A stretch of 64,000 nt of DNA from Dehalococcoidia bacterium (GTDB lineage Bacteria; Chloroflexota; Dehalococcoidia; UBA2979). Where the stretch lies: assembly GCA_963667465.2 (NCBI GenBank), contig CAXXDN010000002.1:1792001-1856000 (forward strand). The letters are read 5' to 3'. This document shows positions 59,002 through 64,000 of this stretch, in pieces (positions within the stretch are counted from its first letter, which is position 1; every line of letters starts with the position of its first letter). The notes beneath the pieces were generated by a model. It saw only the letters and a program-made list of their open reading frames with translations, searched no databases and was not told the origin of the DNA. Position numbers and translations under genes: made by a program.

Positions 59002-59967
59002 ATGCACGTCCTGATCATCGGCGGCACACGCTTCGTCGGGCGCCACATCGGCGAGGAACTGCTGGAGCAGGGACACACCATCACGCTGCTCAACCGCGGC
59101 ATCACGCCGGACAGCTTCCCGGCCGAGGTGGAGCGGCTGCGCGCGGACCGCAACGAGCCGGAGCAGGTACGCAGCGCCCTCGAGGGCCGCGAGTTCGACG
59201 CGATCGTCGACTGCATCGCCTACCAGCAGGCGGAGGCCGAGCTGGTGATCGAGCTGTTCGCCGGCCGGATCGGGCGCTACGTCTACATCAGCAGCAGCTC
59301 CGTCTACCGGCCGAGCGAGCTGCTGCCGATCGAGGAGACACACCCGCTGAACGACGGCACGGGCTGGGACTACGCCCGTGGCAAGATCGCGGTCGAGCGG
59401 CTGCTCGAACGGACCGCGACGGACACGTTCCCCTGGGTAAGCCTGCGGCCCGCCTACATCTTCGGACCCTACAACAGCGCCGCGAACGCCGAGTTCTCGC
59501 TGTTCCAGCGGATCGAGCAGGGGCGGCCCGTGCTGGTACCGGGCGACGGCTACTTCTTCTTCCACCAGAGCCACGGCCGCGACCTGGCGCATGCGACGAT
59601 CGCGGCCATCGAACGCAACGAGGCCGTCGGCAACGCCTACAACATCACGGGGCGTTACGCGCAGTCCGGCAACGAGCTCGTGCAGGCGGCCGCGGCGGCC
59701 GTGGGCCGGAAGGCGGAGATCGCCTACCTGCCCGGCGCCACCCGGCGCAGCGAGGTGGGGCGCTACTTCTACTGGCAAACGCGTCCGGCGCAGGTCTACT
59801 CGACGGAGGCGGCGCGGCGCGACCTCGCCTGGCAGCCGCGCTTCGGCATCCGTGAGGGCATGCGCGACGCCTATCGCTGGTACCTCGAGAGCGGCTACGC
59901 GGAGGCGCAGCCATACGACTTCAGCGCCCACGACGAGTTGCTGGAGCGCATGGCCGCCGAGGGATAA
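59002..59967 (+). CDS. NAD-dependent epimerase/dehydratase family protein
   Basis: IGGTRFVG, ISSSSVY, YARGK, RPAYIFGP. Confidence 0.88.
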   Translation: MHVLIIGGTRFVGRHIGEELLEQGHTITLLNRGITPDSFPAEVERLRADRNEPEQVRSALEGREFDAIVDCIAYQQAEAELVIELFAGRIGRYVYISSSSVYRPSELLPIEETHPLNDGTGWDYARGKIAVERLLERTATDTFPWVSLRPAYIFGPYNSAANAEFSLFQRIEQGRPVLVPGDGYFFFHQSHGRDLAHATIAAIERNEAVGNAYNITGRYAQSGNELVQAAAAAVGRKAEIAYLPGATRRSEVGRYFYWQTRPAQVYSTEAARRDLAWQPRFGIREGMRDAYRWYLESGYAEAQPYDFSAHDELLERMAAEG

Positions 59968-60059
59968 CCAGCGCAACACACGCAGTTCACATCATCCGGT
60001 CCGGTCGAGGGCGGGCCCGCGCTTGCGCGGGCGGCAGCGTGTCGTTCAGACCTCGGCGG

Positions 60060-60989
60060 CTACTCGGTGCCTCGCAGGCGCGGGTCCAGCACGTCGCGGA
60101 GGGCGTCGCCGAACATGTTGAGAGCGTAGACGGAGACCGCGATCGCGAGGCCGGGGAAGAGCGCCAGGTAGGGGTGCAGCTTCATGTCCTCCTGCGCCTC
60201 CTGAAGCATTCGCCCCCACGACGGGAACGGCGGCTGCACACCGAACCCGAGGAACGACAGCGCCGATTCAATCAGGATCACCGCGCCGAGCTGCACGGAG
60301 ATGTTGATGATGATGACGGTGAACACATTGGGGAAGACGTGCCGCAGCATGATCCGGTTGTCGGTGGCCCCGACCACCCGCGCGGCCTCGACGTAGGTGT
60401 TCTGCACCGTCGAGATCGTCTGGCTGCGCACCACGCGCGAGGAGCCGGCGCTGAACAGGAAGCCGAGCGTGAGCGCGAGCACGATCTGGCTGGCAAGAGA
60501 GCCGGGAACCGTCGCCGTGAAGATTGAGAACAGGAAGATGATGAAGATCAGTCCAGGGAAGGCCTGCACGATGTCCACGAAGCGCTGGAAGGTGAGGTCC
60601 CACTTCCCTCCGTAGTACCCCGAAGAGATGCCGACAATACTGGAGAGCACTGCGGCGATGCTGACCGCAGCGAACCCGATCGTGACGGAAGTGCGCGCGC
60701 CGAACAGCACGCGGCTGAGCACGTCGCGGCCCTGCTTGTCGCTGCCGAAGAGGTGATCGAGTGTCGGCCCCTGCAAGCGGTTCAGCAGGTCGATCTCATC
60801 GAACGTGGCGGGGGCGAAGGTGCTCGGCGAGATCGCAACCGCGAACAGAGCGATCAGGACCAGCGCCGCCACGGCCCCGAGCGGTTTGCGGCGGATGAAC
60901 CTGAGCGTGCCGCCAAGCGCCCGCGTGAGCACGCCCTCGCTGGATCCGGAGAACCCGATCGGTCCGTTTGCGGTCTCGTTCGCCGCCAT
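60060..60989 (-). CDS. Peptide/nickel ABC permease (DppC/OppC-like)
   Basis: GSDKQGRDVLSR, YVEAARVVGA, ESALSFLGFG. Confidence 0.93.
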   Translation of the reverse strand: MAANETANGPIGFSGSSEGVLTRALGGTLRFIRRKPLGAVAALVLIALFAVAISPSTFAPATFDEIDLLNRLQGPTLDHLFGSDKQGRDVLSRVLFGARTSVTIGFAAVSIAAVLSSIVGISSGYYGGKWDLTFQRFVDIVQAFPGLIFIIFLFSIFTATVPGSLASQIVLALTLGFLFSAGSSRVVRSQTISTVQNTYVEAARVVGATDNRIMLRHVFPNVFTVIIINISVQLGAVILIESALSFLGFGVQPPFPSWGRMLQEAQEDMKLHPYLALFPGLAIAVSVYALNMFGDALRDVLDPRLRGTE

Positions 60990-61939
60990 TAGCTGTACCG
61001 GATCCGCGGATCGATGAATGCGTACGAGAGGTCCACGAGGAGGTTGGTGATCAACACAAGCATCGCCGCCAGCAGCACGATCGCCTGCACCGTCGGATAG
61101 TCGCGCCGTTCGAGCGAGAAGAGCAGCAAGGTTCCCATGCCCGGGAGCGTGAAGATCCGTTCGAGCACCACCGTGCCGCTGATCAGCACGCTGACCTGCA
61201 ACCCAATCACCGTGATCACGGGCAGCACCGCGTTACGCAGTGCATGACGGGTAACGACCAGCCGGTCCGTCAGGCCCTTGGCGCGAGCCGTCCGCACGTA
61301 GTCCTGTCGCATCACCTCCAGCATCGTCGAGCGGGTCAGGCGCATCACCGAGCCGGACAGGAAGGAGCCGAGAATGATCGCCGGCACCCACGTGGTCTTG
61401 AGATTACTGAGCGGATTCTCCCAGAACAACTCGTAGGTGAGCGGTGGGGTCCAGCCAAACCAGGCGAAGCCGTAGACGATCGCCATCTGGCCGGCCCAGA
61501 AGCTGGGAACAGCCAGTGCCGCGATCGCGAAGCTGCGCATGATGTAGTCGATCAGCGAGTCCTGTTTGATGGCGGAGAGCACCCCAATCGGGATCGCGAT
61601 AGCAATCGAGTAGATCATCGCCATGATCCCGAGCTGGAAGGTCACGGGGATCCGGTTCGTCAACTGCTCCGTGACCGGCCGCCCGCTCACAAAGGAAGAG
61701 CCGAAGTCGAACTGGGCGAGCGCGATCAGCCACTCCGCGAAGGCCTGCGGGACGCCCTGATTCAGCTCCAGCCGCTCTTCAACGGAGGCTCGGAACTCGG
61801 GCGTCGGCTCGGCCTGGTCCGAGATGATCTGATCGATGATGTCGCCCGGCAGCAGCCGCACGACGATGAACACAGCGAACGTGACCCCGAGGATCGTCGG
61901 GACGAGCAACAATATGCGGCGCAGGATGTAGACGTGGAT
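60989..61939 (-). CDS. Peptide/nickel ABC permease (DppB/OppB-like); start ATC 61939 or TTG 61912
   Basis: YILRR, QDYVRTARAKGL, HALRNA, DPRIRY. Confidence 0.92.
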   Translation of the reverse strand: MHVYILRRILLLVPTILGVTFAVFIVVRLLPGDIIDQIISDQAEPTPEFRASVEERLELNQGVPQAFAEWLIALAQFDFGSSFVSGRPVTEQLTNRIPVTFQLGIMAMIYSIAIAIPIGVLSAIKQDSLIDYIMRSFAIAALAVPSFWAGQMAIVYGFAWFGWTPPLTYELFWENPLSNLKTTWVPAIILGSFLSGSVMRLTRSTMLEVMRQDYVRTARAKGLTDRLVVTRHALRNAVLPVITVIGLQVSVLISGTVVLERIFTLPGMGTLLLFSLERRDYPTVQAIVLLAAMLVLITNLLVDLSYAFIDPRIRYS

Positions 61940-62058
61940 CTGCTCGTCCCCTGTCGTTCGCTGGGTCGTTCGCTGGCGCGCCGCCGCATTCTAGCGAATC
62001 GCGGCGCGGCGCGCGCAAGTGATGAGGGTCCGGCGGCGCAGCGCTTGCTCCAGATACA

Positions 62059-62088
62059 ACTCGGCCCCCGGTGATCCGGGGGCCGAGT
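62059..62088 (-). terminator. Strong hairpin downstream of the binding-protein gene
   Basis: ACTCGGCCCCCGG-N4-CCGGGGGCCGAGT, 13-bp perfect stem. Confidence 0.65.
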
Positions 62089-62111
62089 AGCCTTTAGCGA
62101 CGGACTGCGGG

Positions 62112-63953
62112 TTAGGCGCTCTCGTCGATCCACCACCACGGCCAGGCGAAGACGGCCTCGCCGCCTCGGCCGTTCCCGTGCCAGGCATCAGGCGTCCGGA
62201 GACGCTTGTTGAAGCCCTGCCAGTTGAGCTGCCACGCCACCGAGGGGACGTACCACAACGGCTCGATCAGCAGGTCGCGCTGGATGCTCTGGATCTTGTC
62301 GTTGCGCTCTTCCGCATCGACCGTGCTGTTGATGTCCAGCACGGCGTCGACGATGGTCTGGTCCTCCACCTTGCTGTGGTTGCGGCCGGCGCCGGGGCGG
62401 TACATCTCGGAGAGGTAGTCGCCGAGGTCCGGGAAGGCCTGCAACTGGAAGGCAACACCATCGAAGTCGCCGCGGAACGTCATCGGCGTGTACACCGAGG
62501 CGAAGTCGTCGATGTTGATCTGGAAGTCGATGCCGATCTCCTTCATGAAGGTCGGGATGATCTCGGCTTCCAGACTCCAGGCCGTGCCATAGCGGGTGGT
62601 GTAGTGGTACGGCACGCTGAAGCCATCGCCCTGGCCCGCGGCCTGCATCAGCTTGTTCGCCTCCTCCAGGTTGTACTGGATGGCTGCGCCGGTGACCGCA
62701 TCCTGTCGCGGGTCGATCGACTGGCCCGCGTAGCCGGCCGGCAGCACGTTGTGCCAGCCCACGCGGCTGGAGACGTCGAGTCCAACGCCTTCGAGCTGCT
62801 GGACGTTGTAGAGCCCCTCGATCATCGTCTCGCGGTCGAGGGCGAGCGACATGGCGTGGCGCACGCGCGGGTCGTCCCACGGAGCGGAACCGTCGCGCGG
62901 CTCGCCGCGCGAGATGTAGCCGAAACCGAGCGACTTGCGCGGCTCAATCCGGCCGTCCGGGAAGTCACTGATCAGCCCCGGTACGGCGTCCGGCGCGATG
63001 GTGTTGATGTGATCGATGTTGCCTGCCTGGAACTGGGTCAGGGTCGTCGCCCGGTCCAGCACGATCTCCTCGACCTTGTCGAAGTAGGGCAGTGGCGCGT
63101 TGTGCCACTCCGGATTGCGCTGGACGGTCCAGCTCACGCCGTCCTTCAGCTCTTCCCACATCCAGGCGCCGCTGCCGATCATCGTCTGCGTGGGGTCGTA
63201 GGCGGTCCCCGTCTCGCGCGGGAGGACTGCCATGTTGAACACGTCCGCCATCCGCCAGAGGGCGCGCGCGAAGACGCGGTTGAACCCGAGCGTCACGGTC
63301 CCGGCGTCGGGCGTCTCCACCGTGTCGATGAAGTCGAGCTGCACCGCGTTGGGTGCGCCCTCGCTGCCATCGGTGCCGAGGAAGCGAGCGATCGAGAACT
63401 TCACGTCCTCGGAGTCGACCGCGCGGCTGATCGGCGCGGTGTACCTGGCATCGTCGCGAAGCTCGATGTTCAGCGTGAGCCCGTCCGGGGTGAACTCCCA
63501 GGCGCGGGCGAGGTCACCGTCCATCTGCGCGTTCGGTGCGTTCTCGAACGTGGATGCGATCTGCTTGAACAGGAAGCTGTGGATCTGCGCCGACACACCC
63601 TTGGTGGTGTTGCTCTGCGTGCGGTGCGGGTCAAGCGTTTCCGGTGTGCCGGTGATGGCGCGCCGGTAGCTGCCGCCGGGAATGCCCTGCAGCGCCTCCG
63701 CCTCCTGGGTAGCGGCGGTCCCGACCGGGGCGGCCGTCGGCCTCGCGGTCGCTTCCTCGGTCGGCGCGGCAGTCGGGGCCGTCGTCGGCGCGGCGGTGGC
63801 TGCCGGAGCCGGGGCCTCCTCGTCGTCGTCGCCGCAGCCGATCAGCGCTGCCGCCGCAAGGCCGGCGCCTCCGATGACGCCTCCGCGCAGCGCGGCGCGG
63901 CGTGAGATGCGCGTCCGCAAGAAACTGCTCACGTGGTCAGATCCTTCTGTCAT
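62112..63953 (-). CDS. Family 5 ABC substrate-binding lipoprotein with Tat signal
   Basis: SRRAALRG, lipobox LIGC, LDPH, DLARAWE, DPRVRHAMSLALDR. Confidence 0.92.
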   Translation of the reverse strand: MTEGSDHVSSFLRTRISRRAALRGGVIGGAGLAAAALIGCGDDDEEAPAPAATAAPTTAPTAAPTEEATARPTAAPVGTAATQEAEALQGIPGGSYRRAITGTPETLDPHRTQSNTTKGVSAQIHSFLFKQIASTFENAPNAQMDGDLARAWEFTPDGLTLNIELRDDARYTAPISRAVDSEDVKFSIARFLGTDGSEGAPNAVQLDFIDTVETPDAGTVTLGFNRVFARALWRMADVFNMAVLPRETGTAYDPTQTMIGSGAWMWEELKDGVSWTVQRNPEWHNAPLPYFDKVEEIVLDRATTLTQFQAGNIDHINTIAPDAVPGLISDFPDGRIEPRKSLGFGYISRGEPRDGSAPWDDPRVRHAMSLALDRETMIEGLYNVQQLEGVGLDVSSRVGWHNVLPAGYAGQSIDPRQDAVTGAAIQYNLEEANKLMQAAGQGDGFSVPYHYTTRYGTAWSLEAEIIPTFMKEIGIDFQINIDDFASVYTPMTFRGDFDGVAFQLQAFPDLGDYLSEMYRPGAGRNHSKVEDQTIVDAVLDINSTVDAEERNDKIQSIQRDLLIEPLWYVPSVAWQLNWQGFNKRLRTPDAWHGNGRGGEAVFAWPWWWIDESA

Positions 63954-64000
63954 GTTTCTTCCCTTCCCGGGTGGCGGCGACGGACTTTCGCCGTCAGTAG

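Overview
High-GC bacterial DNA, most consistent with Chloroflexota/Dehalococcoidia (DnaN ending MPMFVQW, a GAAC-N4-GTTC SOS box, an F420-type LLM, many CoA-transferases, a Tat-lipoprotein peptide ABC binding protein). Positions 1-~8000 are the right end of a genomic island that abuts the 3' end of dnaN. It holds a Cre-like tyrosine recombinase, a divergent switch of four XRE-HTH genes with a LexA-type box next to a near-consensus promoter, a CpXC-TPR-CHAT (caspase-like) protein, and a large serine recombinase whose C-terminus and stop codon lie on the dnaN antisense strand. Core genes follow: dnaN, a vWA lipoprotein, a tetrapyrrole operon (HTH regulator, sirC, hemA, hemC, cobA-hemD, hemB, HAD, hemL), dinB, a REP-like repeat patch, ribD-ribE-ribBA-ribH, an ECF sigma/anti-sigma pair, fba, lepB and pyrE. 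The tetrapyrrole operon contains a ~1.25 kb tandem duplication carrying two nuclease-DUF4268 genes with identical N-termini and divergent C-termini. The rest is a catabolic region (CoA-transferases, PrpF/PrpB-like, duplicated acyl-CoA dehydrogenases, MaoC/DUF35, ABC transporter) containing three TA loci. One of these, higB plus higA-metallopeptidase, sits between 35-bp direct repeats copied from the 3' end of a host gene. No rRNA, tRNA, CRISPR array or reverse transcriptase was recognised. All family calls come from motif reading, not database searches.
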